A stretch of DNA of 45,312 nt from Candidatus Micrarchaeota archaeon (GCA_021812185.1 JAKAON010000003.1:1-45312); one strand, 5' to 3'; numbered from the stretch's first letter, positions 28,179 to 38,658 are shown. A program made the numbers and translations. Notes: a model not told the origin generated them from the sequence alone.

Positions 28179-29132
28179 ATGGCAAAAGAAAAATCAACAG
28201 CCAAGGAGCTAGAGGACTTGCCAGGAATAGGTCCTGCTTCAGCAGAAAAGCTCAAAGCTGCAGGGTATGACACTATAGACAAGATAGCAGCTTCAGCCTA
28301 CAGCGTGTTATCCGAAGTTGCAGGAATAAATGCAGAAGCGGCTAAGAAGGCAATAGAGGCTGCAAGGCAGGCAACAACCATAAGCTTCGAATCCGGGGAA
28401 TCAATACTTGAAAGGAGGAAGTCCATAGGCAAGATAAGCACTGGCTCAAAGGAGCTCAATGCCATGCTCGGGGGAGGGGTGGAGACAAATGGCATACTTG
28501 AGGCATACGGAAAGTTTGCTTCAGGGAAGTCCCAATTAGGATTTCAGCTTTCTGTAAATGCCCATCTTCCTGTAGGCAAGGGCGGGCTTGCCGGGGCGGT
28601 GCTATTCTTAGACACCGAAGGCACATTCAGGCCTGAGAGGATAGAGTCCATAGCAAAGGCATCGGGCCTAGACCCAAAGAAGGTGCTTGAGGAGATGTTC
28701 GTAGTCAGGTGCTCAACAACAGAGCAGCAAATACTAACCATAGAGCGCGCAGACAAGCTGATACGCGAGAACAACATAAAACTCATAGTGATAGATTCCC
28801 TGATATCATTATTCAGGTCTGAGTTCATAGGGAGGGGAGCCCTTGGCGAAAGGCAGCAGAAACTCAATTCACATATCCACAAACTACAGCAACTAGCCGA
28901 TAACTACAATTTGGTCATATACATAACTAACCAGGTCATGGATAACCCGGGAATCCTATTTGGCGATCCAACCACTCCTGTCGGAGGCAACATAATAGCC
29001 CATGCGGCAACAACAAGGCTATACATGAGGAAGAGCAAGGAGGATAAGAGAATAGTGAGGTTGGTAGACTCTCCCGGCCTGCCCGAAGGGGAGTGCGTCA
29101 TAAAAATAACTCCTGACGGGATAAGGGACTAG
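28179..29132 (+). CDS. radA: DNA repair and recombination protein RadA
   Basis: N-terminal HhH LEDLPGIG, GKFASGKSQ, DTEGTFRPER, RQQKL; start set to MAKEK. Confidence 0.97.
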   Translation: MAKEKSTAKELEDLPGIGPASAEKLKAAGYDTIDKIAASAYSVLSEVAGINAEAAKKAIEAARQATTISFESGESILERRKSIGKISTGSKELNAMLGGGVETNGILEAYGKFASGKSQLGFQLSVNAHLPVGKGGLAGAVLFLDTEGTFRPERIESIAKASGLDPKKVLEEMFVVRCSTTEQQILTIERADKLIRENNIKLIVIDSLISLFRSEFIGRGALGERQQKLNSHIHKLQQLADNYNLVIYITNQVMDNPGILFGDPTTPVGGNIIAHAATTRLYMRKSKEDKRIVRLVDSPGLPEGECVIKITPDGIRD

Positions 29133-29139
29133 TGTTTCG

Positions 29140-29904
29140 ATGCTCCTCTTAATAGGCCTTGGCCTTGATACCAAAGACATATCTGTCAGGGCCCTTGAGG
29201 AAATAGAGACATCTGACGTACTCATGCTAGACCCTTATACGAACATAATATCAGACCAATACATAGAGTACCTGGAAAAAAGTTCAAAAAAGAAGATAAT
29301 AAAGCTAAGCAGGTCTGATCTTGAGGAAAACGTGCCCATGACGATTGGCCAGGCAAAAACGAAGAAGATAGCAATACTTGTCTCTGGGGACCCGATGATC
29401 GCAACAACGCACCAAATAATCATAGACCACGCTGCAAATAACTCTATACCTTATAAGATAATCCACTCATCATCGATATTGACTGCAGCGATAGGCGAAT
29501 CAGGCCTCATACCATACAAATTCGGCCAGACCACCACCATACCTTTTTGGACCGACAAATACAAGCCGATATCATTCCTAGACACCATATATAGGAACAT
29601 CGAATGCAATTACCACACCATAGTCCTGCTAGATTACAATTACCTAAAGAAAGAAGGCCTCAAGCTCGAAGCCGCGCTAAGGCAGCTCATGATTGCCGAA
29701 AGCGAAAGGAAGACTGGATGCATAAGCCAAGAAACCAAGATATTCGTGCTTGGCGACGTAGGCAAGGAAAGCCAAGTCATAAAATATTCAAAGATATCAG
29801 AAATGCCAAAAAACGAGCCGCTGTTCGAAGGCAAGATACTTACATTGATCATACCCGCAAAGCTTGCAGTCTCCGAAGAGGACCATGTATCTATATTTCA
29901 CTAA
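29140..29904 (+). CDS. dph5: Diphthine synthase
   Basis: MLLLIGLGL, GDPMIATTH, YKFGQTTTIPF and HTIVLLD motifs. Confidence 0.95.
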   Translation: MLLLIGLGLDTKDISVRALEEIETSDVLMLDPYTNIISDQYIEYLEKSSKKKIIKLSRSDLEENVPMTIGQAKTKKIAILVSGDPMIATTHQIIIDHAANNSIPYKIIHSSSILTAAIGESGLIPYKFGQTTTIPFWTDKYKPISFLDTIYRNIECNYHTIVLLDYNYLKKEGLKLEAALRQLMIAESERKTGCISQETKIFVLGDVGKESQVIKYSKISEMPKNEPLFEGKILTLIIPAKLAVSEEDHVSIFH

Positions 29905-29970
29905 CCTGCGCTATGATGTCAGGTATAAAAAGAATGCACTGTAATATAGAAATGCTAGACGTGTATTTTG

Positions 29971-30369
29971 ATGAACGACGAACATAGTACGAAAATTGAT
30001 GTCGGTGCCGACATAGTTCCAGAAAAATTCAAGGCACTGCAATTCAACGAGGCCGAGCTCCATCTCCATGTAGAAAGCAAGGACAACAATATGCACTGGA
30101 TAGAATGCGCAGTAGAGGTGCAATCTCCAATGTCCCTTGCTCCGGACAAGCGCGTCCCTATAGGAAGGACACTGATAGGCATATTCCGTGACGGTGTAAA
30201 GAGGGAGAAGAGGGTCAAGGTATTCACAGGCAGTGACGCCATGCCAAATACGTACAAGATAAAACTTACCTTCTACATATACGACGAGGACGGAGCAATA
30301 GAAGACAGGCGGGAGATACTAAAAGAAGTAGAATGCAAGAACGTAGATCTAAATGCCAAAGTATTATAA
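29971..30369 (+). CDS. Hypothetical protein (beta-rich)
   Basis: Co-oriented ORF within operon; no recognised motif. Confidence 0.7.
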   Translation: MNDEHSTKIDVGADIVPEKFKALQFNEAELHLHVESKDNNMHWIECAVEVQSPMSLAPDKRVPIGRTLIGIFRDGVKREKRVKVFTGSDAMPNTYKIKLTFYIYDEDGAIEDRREILKEVECKNVDLNAKVL

Positions 30370-30577
30370 GATATCAGACTCAAAAGACATATTATACATA
30401 ACTATCGACGACAGCGGTGCTGTAATAATAAAGGACAAGTCGGGCAAGAAAGTCTTCCTTTCAAGATATCAGGCAAAGCTCATGAAGATAGGCATAGAAG
30501 ATCTCGCAAAGGATCTATTCAAAAATGTAAACTCCTCGGATGTCCATGTGGAAGAGCTCCAAAGCATGGAAGATTGA
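30353..30577 (+). CDS. Hypothetical protein
   Basis: 74-aa ORF overlapping the upstream gene in operon arrangement. Confidence 0.7.
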   Translation: MPKYYKISDSKDILYITIDDSGAVIIKDKSGKKVFLSRYQAKLMKIGIEDLAKDLFKNVNSSDVHVEELQSMED

Positions 30578-30598
30578 AATTATGATTCAGGTGTAACA

Positions 30599-30964
30599 AT
30601 GGAAAACCCAAAGAACCCACAGCAATTAAACGAGAACGAAATAGAGGGCATGATAAAAGACTACCAGACTGTCCAGGCACAGATGCGCAACCTTGCGATG
30701 CAGGTGGACCAGTATCAGGCACAAAGATCCGAAGTCGAAAACGCAAAGATCGAGCTAGACAAGGCCTCAGGAAAGATATACGCTACTGTAGGCGGTATAA
30801 TGGTAGAGACTGACAAGCCTTCGGCTCTCAAGAACGTTCAAGAAAAGATAGAGATACTCGAAATCAGGCTTCAAGCCTCGACAAAGCAATACAACGATCT
30901 CAAGTCAAGGGAGAAGACGTTAAGGGACAAGCTCACCGAACTATCAAAACAGCAACCGAAGTGA
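30599..30964 (+). CDS. pfdB: Prefoldin subunit beta
   Basis: Coiled coils flanking KIYATVGGIMVE beta-hairpin. Confidence 0.92.
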   Translation: MENPKNPQQLNENEIEGMIKDYQTVQAQMRNLAMQVDQYQAQRSEVENAKIELDKASGKIYATVGGIMVETDKPSALKNVQEKIEILEIRLQASTKQYNDLKSREKTLRDKLTELSKQQPK

Positions 30965-31965
30965 ACCAAGTGCTCAAAAAAATTAGCCTTGCTGGCCTTG
31001 CAAGCTACCTTAGGTCGAATCGCGAAAACACATTCACTATAACTTTCCACTCGATTGGGGATAGGGACGGGGTAAGCTCTGCAATAGCTCTCTCCAAATA
31101 TCTTAAGAATTCAACTGTGACTACCCCAGATTCAATAACGAGACACGCAAAACAGATGCTGAAGGATTCAGGATATTCCAAAGACATCCAGCCAGATTCG
31201 AATTACAACAGCAACGTGCTTGTAATAATGGACACCAATAATTTTGAATCTCTCGGGAGGATGAAAAATGCTGCCATGAGCTTCAAAGGCGACGTACTGT
31301 TCATAGATCATCATTTTCTTCCTGCAAACCAAAACACGAAAGGCACGATATTCAATAATGAAGCGTACAATTCGACAGCAAGCATAATATACGACCTATT
31401 CAAGGAACTTGGCTTCAAGCCAACTGTTCAAATTGCAAGGCTGCTAATAAGCGGGATATCTTCGGATTCGGCAAATTTCCAAAATGTCACTTCGACAACC
31501 TTCAGGCAACTTTCCGAACTTCTCGATATATGCAACGCAAACTACAACGAAGTCGTCTCTTACATACACGACGAAATACCTACAGATAGCAGATACGGGC
31601 TAATAAAAGACATGTTCGCAAGCAATATCGAGATTGTCGGAGATTACATACTGATATACGGGAGGTGCAAAATGCATGCAAGCCTTGTTGCAGACCAAGC
31701 AATAAAAATAGGCGCTGATGCATCGCTATTTTGGAACGTTGAAAAAAGCGAGATATCATCATCTGCGAGGCTGAGGTCGCCACTTGACATAAAACTGAAG
31801 ATTCATTTGGGCAAGATAATGGAAAGCAATGCCAAATACATAGATGGGAACGGAGGGGGTCATCCATGCGCAGCGGGAGCGTACGGCCCTTTAAAGAACA
31901 AGACTGATTATTTTATAGGGATGGTTCTTGAAGAGATAAAGAATAAATTGAAGAACAGAGGTTAA
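30961..31965 (+). CDS. DHH/DHHA1 family phosphoesterase
   Basis: HSIGDRDG, IDHH and GGGHPCAAG motifs. Confidence 0.92.
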   Translation: MNQVLKKISLAGLASYLRSNRENTFTITFHSIGDRDGVSSAIALSKYLKNSTVTTPDSITRHAKQMLKDSGYSKDIQPDSNYNSNVLVIMDTNNFESLGRMKNAAMSFKGDVLFIDHHFLPANQNTKGTIFNNEAYNSTASIIYDLFKELGFKPTVQIARLLISGISSDSANFQNVTSTTFRQLSELLDICNANYNEVVSYIHDEIPTDSRYGLIKDMFASNIEIVGDYILIYGRCKMHASLVADQAIKIGADASLFWNVEKSEISSSARLRSPLDIKLKIHLGKIMESNAKYIDGNGGGHPCAAGAYGPLKNKTDYFIGMVLEEIKNKLKNRG

Positions 31966-31970
31966 ATATC

Positions 31971-33182
31971 ATGAAAGTGGCAATCGTCTCAGACCTGCAC
32001 CTAGGCTACGAGCGTTTTTACGATGATGCATACACCCAGGCATCAGAGGCACTCACAAAAGCATCTGAAATAGCAGATGCGATAATAATACCTGGAGACA
32101 TATTTGATTTCAGGTCCCCAAAACCTGATGTTATTGCCCAAGGCCTAAACATATTCAGGCAACTCAAAGACAAAATGTGGGAAGCGAGGATAACAAAATA
32201 CTCTGGACAGGGAAGGATATTTACTGATATACCTGTGATAGCAATACCTGGGACTCACGAACGCAGAGCGCAGGATAGCGAGAACGCCGTTGAAATAATG
32301 AATCTTGCAGGATTCCTTGCAAACGGGAGCGAAGCCACAATAGAAATATCAAAGGGCGCCGAGAAGATATCTGTCTCTTCTCTTGGCGGTGTTTCCGAAG
32401 AGCGCGTCAAGGATATGCTCAAGGAGTATTCTTTTAGCCCGGTGCCTGGCCAATTCAGCATATTCATGCTTCATCAGTCAATATACGAGCTTCTCCCCTT
32501 CAGCGACGAGTTCATTTGCTATGATGATTTGCCAAAGGGATTTGACCTATACGTAAGCGGTCATATACACAGCAAGGTGATCGCAAAAGTCCACGGGAAA
32601 CCATTCCTAATACCTGGAAGCACTGTGCTAACACAATTAAAGGACGGGGAACAGGAGCCAAAGGGCTTTTTCGTATTCGACACCCAAACTAACGAATATA
32701 AGTTTCATGAAATATCATCAAGAAAATTCATGGTGGAAAGAATAGACATATCTGACAAAGACCCATCACAGATCAAGATGGAAGTTGTCGAAAAATTGGC
32801 AAAGGCCACAAAATCAAAAGTCCAAAACAAGCCAATAATACGCATAGTCCTGGAGGGCAGATCTAATGAAAGCACAAAACAGATATCAATGGAAATTAGC
32901 GAGATAATAAAAAACGAGACAAATGCAGTTGTCGAATTAAGCAAGGGCAACGTCGAAAACTACGAAATGGAATCAAATATAGAATCACTAAGGCAAAAAT
33001 CAATAGAAAATCTCTCAATCAAAGACTACGGCATGGTACTATTCTTGGAAAGGCTAAAGGATAACAATTACAAGCTTGGAGTAAGCGCAAGCGAACTCTT
33101 CGATATGCTAACTGCTGATACAAATAAGGAAAAGGTCATCAAAAAAGCTACGGATATTGTGCTAGAATCAACCCCTCCTTAG
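31971..33182 (+). CDS. mre11: DNA double-strand break repair nuclease Mre11
   Basis: SDLHLG, GDIFD, IPGTHE, GHIH and PGS metallophosphoesterase motifs. Confidence 0.88.
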   Translation: MKVAIVSDLHLGYERFYDDAYTQASEALTKASEIADAIIIPGDIFDFRSPKPDVIAQGLNIFRQLKDKMWEARITKYSGQGRIFTDIPVIAIPGTHERRAQDSENAVEIMNLAGFLANGSEATIEISKGAEKISVSSLGGVSEERVKDMLKEYSFSPVPGQFSIFMLHQSIYELLPFSDEFICYDDLPKGFDLYVSGHIHSKVIAKVHGKPFLIPGSTVLTQLKDGEQEPKGFFVFDTQTNEYKFHEISSRKFMVERIDISDKDPSQIKMEVVEKLAKATKSKVQNKPIIRIVLEGRSNESTKQISMEISEIIKNETNAVVELSKGNVENYEMESNIESLRQKSIENLSIKDYGMVLFLERLKDNNYKLGVSASELFDMLTADTNKEKVIKKATDIVLESTPP

Positions 33183-33577
33183 GATCTCAATAAAGCTGCG
33201 TAAACCAGCGTGTGCCCGCCGAATTTTTCTGGGGTCATAAGCACTTCTGGGACTCCATTTATCTTAATTTTCTCCATAACCTCTCTTATCAATGCACCTG
33301 TTTTTTGGCTACTTGGATCGGCAATGCCTGAATTATCAAACCTTCTAGCGTGCACGTAACACCCCAAAGCATCCCACAAGAACATCTTCTCCTGGTCAAA
33401 GTTACCAATCCTGGCTACTCTCTGCGCGTTCTTTTCGAAAATATCCCCTGCTGCAATAAAATCTTCGTAAGCTTTGTTGTCCCTAAGAGCAATACCGAGC
33501 CCTTCCATCAAAAGCGTACGTATTATCAAGTCGTTTGTGACAGCCACCGGCTGGTTATCCTCAAATATAAATTCCAT
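33179..33577 (-). CDS. Hypothetical protein (paralog B)
   Basis: Shares AGxIFExN, LWDALxCY and FGGH with the neighbouring gene. Confidence 0.75.
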   Translation of the reverse strand: MEFIFEDNQPVAVTNDLIIRTLLMEGLGIALRDNKAYEDFIAAGDIFEKNAQRVARIGNFDQEKMFLWDALGCYVHARRFDNSGIADPSSQKTGALIREVMEKIKINGVPEVLMTPEKFGGHTLVYAALLRS

Positions 33578-33639
33578 ACATCAATTTTGATTTCCAAGTA
33601 TAATAATATAACTATGAATTCATTTATAAAAAACGACGA

Positions 33640-34035
33640 CTAATCTTTTCTTAAGATCTGCATCACTTCATCATGCCCCCCGAACACCGCAGTAGAAATT
33701 GGCATCATGTCGTCCCCGGAGTATGCTTTCAACTTATTCCACACCCGCTCCATATCCATGGTGGTTTTCAGAATGTTGCCGCGGTCGTTATTCCTATGTG
33801 CTATTATATTCGCCTTTCCATAGCAGGCAAGCGCATCCCACAGCATTAATATCTGTTCGCTCGGATCCCCAGTTATTTTTGTCGCCCTGACTCCATTTTC
33901 TTCAAAAATTTTTCCTGCATCCATGAAGTCTACGCACTCTTTATGTCCGCCAAGCAATTTCCTAGACGCATCAGAGAATAAGGTCTGAAAAATAAATCTT
34001 TTATCTATCTTAAGTTGGTCAGGATTAAATTCCAT
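33640..34035 (-). CDS. Hypothetical protein (paralog A)
   Basis: Shares AGxIFExN, LWDALxCY and FGGH with the neighbouring gene. Confidence 0.75.
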   Translation of the reverse strand: MEFNPDQLKIDKRFIFQTLFSDASRKLLGGHKECVDFMDAGKIFEENGVRATKITGDPSEQILMLWDALACYGKANIIAHRNNDRGNILKTTMDMERVWNKLKAYSGDDMMPISTAVFGGHDEVMQILRKD

Positions 34036-34097
34036 GATATACTTTCGAAACTACGATTTAAGAAGATTTTCTACGAAACAACCATCATCGGTTCCTA

Positions 34098-35492
34098 TCA
34101 TTCTTTGCCATTGTCTTTGAGGTATCGCGAATGCTCTAAAAGTTTCGCGAACGATTTCGCCACAGCAGCAGGGGAATCATAAACAGGTATCCCAGAATTC
34201 TCCATCATCATCTTATGCACAGAAGTGTAATCTGCCCCCGGGCTTAGTGCGGCTATAGGTATATCGGTGATGTTTTTGTAGTGTATCAGCGTAGATACGA
34301 CTTTAGAATCGGCTCCCGGGGTCTGGAAGAGCACTATGGCAATTATCATATCCACATTAGGGTCTTTTGATATAGCCTGCAACGCAGTTTCGTATCTCTT
34401 GTCATCGGCATCTCCTACAAGATCAAGCGGGTTTCTCACAGCTACTATTACGGGTAGGTTCTTTCTAAGATTCTCAAGTGTTGTTTTGTCAAATTCAGCT
34501 AGCGTCAGGTTGTTTAAGAATATTTCATCAGTTTCCAAGACGCCTGCTCCTCCTCCGTTCGTCACTATTGCAACTCTATTGCCCTTGGGCATATGCTCTG
34601 TGGAAAATGCCTTTGCATAGTTCAAAAGGTCGCTTAGGTCGTCTGCTACTATAAATCCGAACTGCCTAAAAACTGCTTGATATGCTGCAAAGCTTCCTGA
34701 TAGCGATGCAGTATGGGAATGCACTGCGCTCGCGCTCTGTTCGGTTACGCCACCTTTTAAAACTATAACTGGCTTCTTCTTTGTTACCTCCTTCCCGATT
34801 TCTATAAATTCCTTACCTCTTTTCACTCCCTCTATGTACATTATGATTACTTTTGTATCTTCGTCATCTCCAAGATACTTAAGAATGTCAACTTCATCAA
34901 CAACAGCGGCATTTCCATACGATATGAATTTCGAAAGCCCAAATCCCTCTTTTGCTATCAAATCAAGCACGGTACTGCCAACTGCACCGCTTTGCGATAC
35001 AAAACTAACACTTCCTATCTTTGGTTTGCTCAGTTTGTATGTAGGTAAAAATAAAGTATCCACTCTAGACCTCGGATCCATTACCCCAAGGCAGTTTGGC
35101 CCAAGCATCGCAATGCCATATTTTGTTGCTATGCTTATTATTTTGTCTTGCAAATCCGCCCTTCCCATCTCTGCAAATCCGCCACTCACAACTATTACGC
35201 TCTTCACATGCGCCTTGCCGCATTCCTCAAGTACTTTCGGCACGATCTCTGCAGGAACTGCTATAACTGCAAGATCTACGCCATCCTTTATGTTAAGTAC
35301 GCTCTTGTACACTTTCAATCCCAGTATTGCATCCTCCTTTGTGTTGACAGGATACAATTTTCCTGGAAAACCGGCATCAATGTAATTTTGCAATATCACA
35401 TGTCCAACTTTGTTTGGCGAAGAAGAGGCTCCTATTATAGCTACGCTCCTAGGGTTTAGCATGTATTTGAGGTCAAATCTTTTTTTGTACAT
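34098..35492 (-). CDS. acdA: Acetate--CoA ligase (ADP-forming) alpha subunit
   Basis: SVAIIGAS, GPNCLG, SQSGA, SHTASL phospho-His and NPLDL motifs. Confidence 0.93.
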   Translation of the reverse strand: MYKKRFDLKYMLNPRSVAIIGASSSPNKVGHVILQNYIDAGFPGKLYPVNTKEDAILGLKVYKSVLNIKDGVDLAVIAVPAEIVPKVLEECGKAHVKSVIVVSGGFAEMGRADLQDKIISIATKYGIAMLGPNCLGVMDPRSRVDTLFLPTYKLSKPKIGSVSFVSQSGAVGSTVLDLIAKEGFGLSKFISYGNAAVVDEVDILKYLGDDEDTKVIIMYIEGVKRGKEFIEIGKEVTKKKPVIVLKGGVTEQSASAVHSHTASLSGSFAAYQAVFRQFGFIVADDLSDLLNYAKAFSTEHMPKGNRVAIVTNGGGAGVLETDEIFLNNLTLAEFDKTTLENLRKNLPVIVAVRNPLDLVGDADDKRYETALQAISKDPNVDMIIAIVLFQTPGADSKVVSTLIHYKNITDIPIAALSPGADYTSVHKMMMENSGIPVYDSPAAVAKSFAKLLEHSRYLKDNGKE

Positions 35493-35498
35493 ACCTTC

Positions 35499-36122
35499 TC
35501 ACTTTAGGATCCTGATGTCCACCACGTCGTAACCATTCTCCCTTATTATTACTGGGTTTAAATCAAGTTCAGAAATGTCATTTTCTTGAACAAGCTTCGC
35601 AACTTTCAAAATCAATCCAACTATCATATCCCTGCTCTTCCCCCCATGCGTTATTACGTCTCTTGATTTGAGCTGGTCTACCATATCCTGCGCATCTTGC
35701 CTTGTTATTGGGCATATCCTAAGCGACGTGTCCTTAAAAGACTCAACATATATCCCCCCAAGGCCTATAAGCACCATCTTCCCGAACTGCTGGTCTATAT
35801 TGCTCCCGATTATTACCTCTATCCCTCCAAAAGACATTTCCTGTGCAACTATTTTGTACGGTTTAAGCTCCTTGCCCTTATTTACAAGGTCACCAAAGGC
35901 GCTCCTAATGTGCTTCTCATCAAATAAACCAACCTTAACCAAACCCGCTTTTGATTTATGTAGCGCCTTGCTAGACAGCAGCTTTAGGACAATGTTTTTT
36001 TCACCAGCAAATTTGATTGCCTCCTCAGGAGTAGATACGTATGAGCTTCTTATGCTTTTGATCCCATATTTCTCAAGCAACACGCTTGCTTTGATGTAAT
36101 CCAAAAGCTCCATCAACTTCAC
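35499..36122 (-). CDS. acdB: Acetate--CoA ligase (ADP-forming) beta subunit (ATP-grasp)
   Basis: HKSKAGLV, GLGGIYVE and ELDLNP motifs. Confidence 0.92.
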   Translation of the reverse strand: MKLMELLDYIKASVLLEKYGIKSIRSSYVSTPEEAIKFAGEKNIVLKLLSSKALHKSKAGLVKVGLFDEKHIRSAFGDLVNKGKELKPYKIVAQEMSFGGIEVIIGSNIDQQFGKMVLIGLGGIYVESFKDTSLRICPITRQDAQDMVDQLKSRDVITHGGKSRDMIVGLILKVAKLVQENDISELDLNPVIIRENGYDVVDIRILK

Positions 36123-36778
36123 TATATTATGTGCTTGAGGTAAAGTCCCACTATTATCAATGCTATTATTAAGACCTCAATTACAATTACGCCTGTCAAC
36201 GGCATTTTGTTCTTCGGTGGGTCTATAGGATCTTGCACTGCAGGTCCACTTTGGCTCTTTGCAGCATCTGCGCTGGCAGGTGCATCTTGCGGTTTTGCAG
36301 CATCTGCGCTTGCCTGCGCTGGTTCTGACTTAACCTTCAAATATCCTGCTTCAGTGAGACTTATCTCTGCAAGGCCGTTCTTCAGTTCGTAGACCAGCAA
36401 TCCAGTCTTATTTAATTTGTATATCCTAAGTGCAAGGTCTTTTGGCCTAAGATTTAGGCTATTGCTCATCTCCTTTGGCTCCCTCTTGCCTCCTGATAAT
36501 TGATTTAGTATGTTGTTGTCTAGCACATCCATAGGTTCCATGGACTTGCTCTCTGCCTCGGCAATGAGTTCTTTCCCCAGGTCTGTTACTGTTATGGTAT
36601 TAGGTCCAGGGTAGCTTGATTTGAATTCTACAAGGCCTTTCTGCTTCATCGTTCCAGCGATATTTGCTGCCTCAAAGAAGCTTGCATTGATCTGCCCTCC
36701 GAATTTATCCAATATAGCCTCTGGAGTTATCTTAATAAGACATGCAAGGTCAACAAAATTCGGTTCTTCATCTACCAT
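36122..36778 (-). CDS. Tail-anchored protein with two wHTH-like domains
   Basis: QKGLVE..TVTDLGKE and KTGLLV..SLTEAG motifs; Ala/Pro linker; C-terminal TM helix. Confidence 0.7.
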   Translation of the reverse strand: MVDEEPNFVDLACLIKITPEAILDKFGGQINASFFEAANIAGTMKQKGLVEFKSSYPGPNTITVTDLGKELIAEAESKSMEPMDVLDNNILNQLSGGKREPKEMSNSLNLRPKDLALRIYKLNKTGLLVYELKNGLAEISLTEAGYLKVKSEPAQASADAAKPQDAPASADAAKSQSGPAVQDPIDPPKNKMPLTGVIVIEVLIIALIIVGLYLKHII

Positions 36779-36876
36779 AATAATACCTGTAGTTCTAATC
36801 TATTCCTATCTAAATAACTAAAAATATTCTTTTGGGAAAGAATATATACTTGTAACAAACAATAAGTCTGATATTC

Positions 36877-38130
36877 TTGAACATTGAATTTCTTGGAGGC
36901 GCGAGCGAAGTAGGCAGGTCAGCAATATTCCTCAAAGACGAAAAAAATATACTTCTTGATTACGGGCTTAAGATAGACAACAAAAAAGCACAGCATCCAA
37001 TGCCTGCCCATAATGTAGATGCCTACATAATAAGCCATGCGCACCTTGACCACTGCGGATTCTCTCCGGCTCTTTATATGCAGAATTCACCAGTATCGTT
37101 CGGCACCGAGCCTACTATAGAAATAGCAAATATACTGATAGAAGACGCGATGAAGATAGCCAAGGCAGAGCACATGCCTCAAAAATACTTCAAGAGGCAG
37201 GTTTCAGCGTTCCAGAGGAAGTTTGTCGCCCTAAAATATCATGAAACCTCTCATTACGCCGGATACAACCTTACGCTACACGACGCCGGTCACATACCTG
37301 GGGCAGCGATAACGTGCCTAGAAAAATACAACACCGGAAAAAGGGTGGTGTATACTGGAGACTTCAAACTTTCACCACAAACAATGCATAAAGGTGCAGA
37401 AGTGGTAAAAAGCGATATCCTTATAATAGAATCCACATACGCAAACAGGAACCATCCTGATAGGAATTCACTGATAGAAAAATTCGCCCATGAAGTAAAG
37501 GAAGTAGTCGACAATGGTGGCACAGCCCTCATACCTTCTTTCGCTGTTGGAAGGGCCCAAGAGCTTCTAATGATCCTTGAAAAACATGGACTTATGGAAA
37601 ATACCTACCTTGATGGTATGGCAACAAAAGTTACCAAAGTGGTAATGAACAATCTCAAGTACATAAGGAACCAGGACGTAATAGAAAGCGCAATGAAAAA
37701 GGCGCATGTGGTTACTGGGCAAAAAGAAAGGACAAATGCCCTGAGGGGATCAAGCATAGTTGTCACAACGGCGGGCATGGTCGAAGGAGGACCAATAGTG
37801 AACTACATCCCTAGGGCAAACAGGCATTCAAAAATATTCCTAACGGGATACCAGGTAGAAGGGACCAACGGAAGCAAGCTGCTTGCAGGCAAGCCAATAA
37901 CTGTGGACAATAGAAAGATACACATAAACATACCTGTGGCATTCTACGATTTTTCTGCCCACTCAGGCAAAGACGACCTTTACAAGTACGTCAAAGAGAG
38001 CGACCCTGAGACAATAATATGCGTTCACGGCGACAAGGAAAACACAAATTCCTTTGCAAACACCCTAAAAGAGATGGGGTACGATGCCCACTCCCCTAAA
38101 GTCGGAGACAAACTAAAAGTAGACTTCTAA
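36877..38130 (+). CDS. MBL-fold beta-CASP ribonuclease (aCPSF2-like, no KH domains)
   Basis: EVGRS, SHAHLDHCG, AGHIPG, YTGD, ESTY, FSAH and VHG motifs. Confidence 0.93.
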   Translation: MNIEFLGGASEVGRSAIFLKDEKNILLDYGLKIDNKKAQHPMPAHNVDAYIISHAHLDHCGFSPALYMQNSPVSFGTEPTIEIANILIEDAMKIAKAEHMPQKYFKRQVSAFQRKFVALKYHETSHYAGYNLTLHDAGHIPGAAITCLEKYNTGKRVVYTGDFKLSPQTMHKGAEVVKSDILIIESTYANRNHPDRNSLIEKFAHEVKEVVDNGGTALIPSFAVGRAQELLMILEKHGLMENTYLDGMATKVTKVVMNNLKYIRNQDVIESAMKKAHVVTGQKERTNALRGSSIVVTTAGMVEGGPIVNYIPRANRHSKIFLTGYQVEGTNGSKLLAGKPITVDNRKIHINIPVAFYDFSAHSGKDDLYKYVKESDPETIICVHGDKENTNSFANTLKEMGYDAHSPKVGDKLKVDF

Positions 38131-38211
38131 AAATTTTTGTTGCGGCATGCGGCAAACAGGCACAGCTATACCGTGCAACTAATAAATAAAAAGAGATTCA
38201 AAAATAAAAAA

Positions 38212-38565
38212 TCAGGCTTCATCGCTGAAGTTGTCTTCATATTCTGGCTCTGAAGATGCAGAAGATCCAGAACCCTTCTCAACGACTTCCAACTTCCCGA
38301 ATTTTCCTGTAGAAAGCTGAGGCGTGCCTCTGAACTCGCTTACATATCCTCCGGTTATCTTGACTTTGTCCCCGACGTCCACTGTGTCTATATCCTTACC
38401 CCACAAAGACAGAGTTATTCTTCCAGAATCGTCTTTCAACGTGACATTTGCCACGTTGACTCTCTTTCCGAATTTTGTAACTACCTCTCTAGGTTCAGAT
38501 TTCTCCGCAACTACTGCTTCAATATTAACATTCGTCGCTCCCGCTTTCAATTCGTTTATATTCAT
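38212..38565 (-). CDS. ssb: Single-OB-fold single-stranded DNA-binding protein
   Basis: DDSGRITLSLW, GYVSEFRG OB fold plus acidic tail. Confidence 0.9.
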   Translation of the reverse strand: MNINELKAGATNVNIEAVVAEKSEPREVVTKFGKRVNVANVTLKDDSGRITLSLWGKDIDTVDVGDKVKITGGYVSEFRGTPQLSTGKFGKLEVVEKGSGSSASSEPEYEDNFSDEA

Positions 38566-38658
38566 AAAATCACCAAACGATATACAGAATTAGCTTATAA
38601 TTAATTATATTAACCTTTCCCAATAATAGAAGCTCAAAACAAAACCGCTGTGCGTACC

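Noticed and set aside
38140-38180. TGCGGCA duplication and weak GCAC..GTGC hairpin
   Set aside because: Short, likely chance or part of the terminator zone between convergent genes
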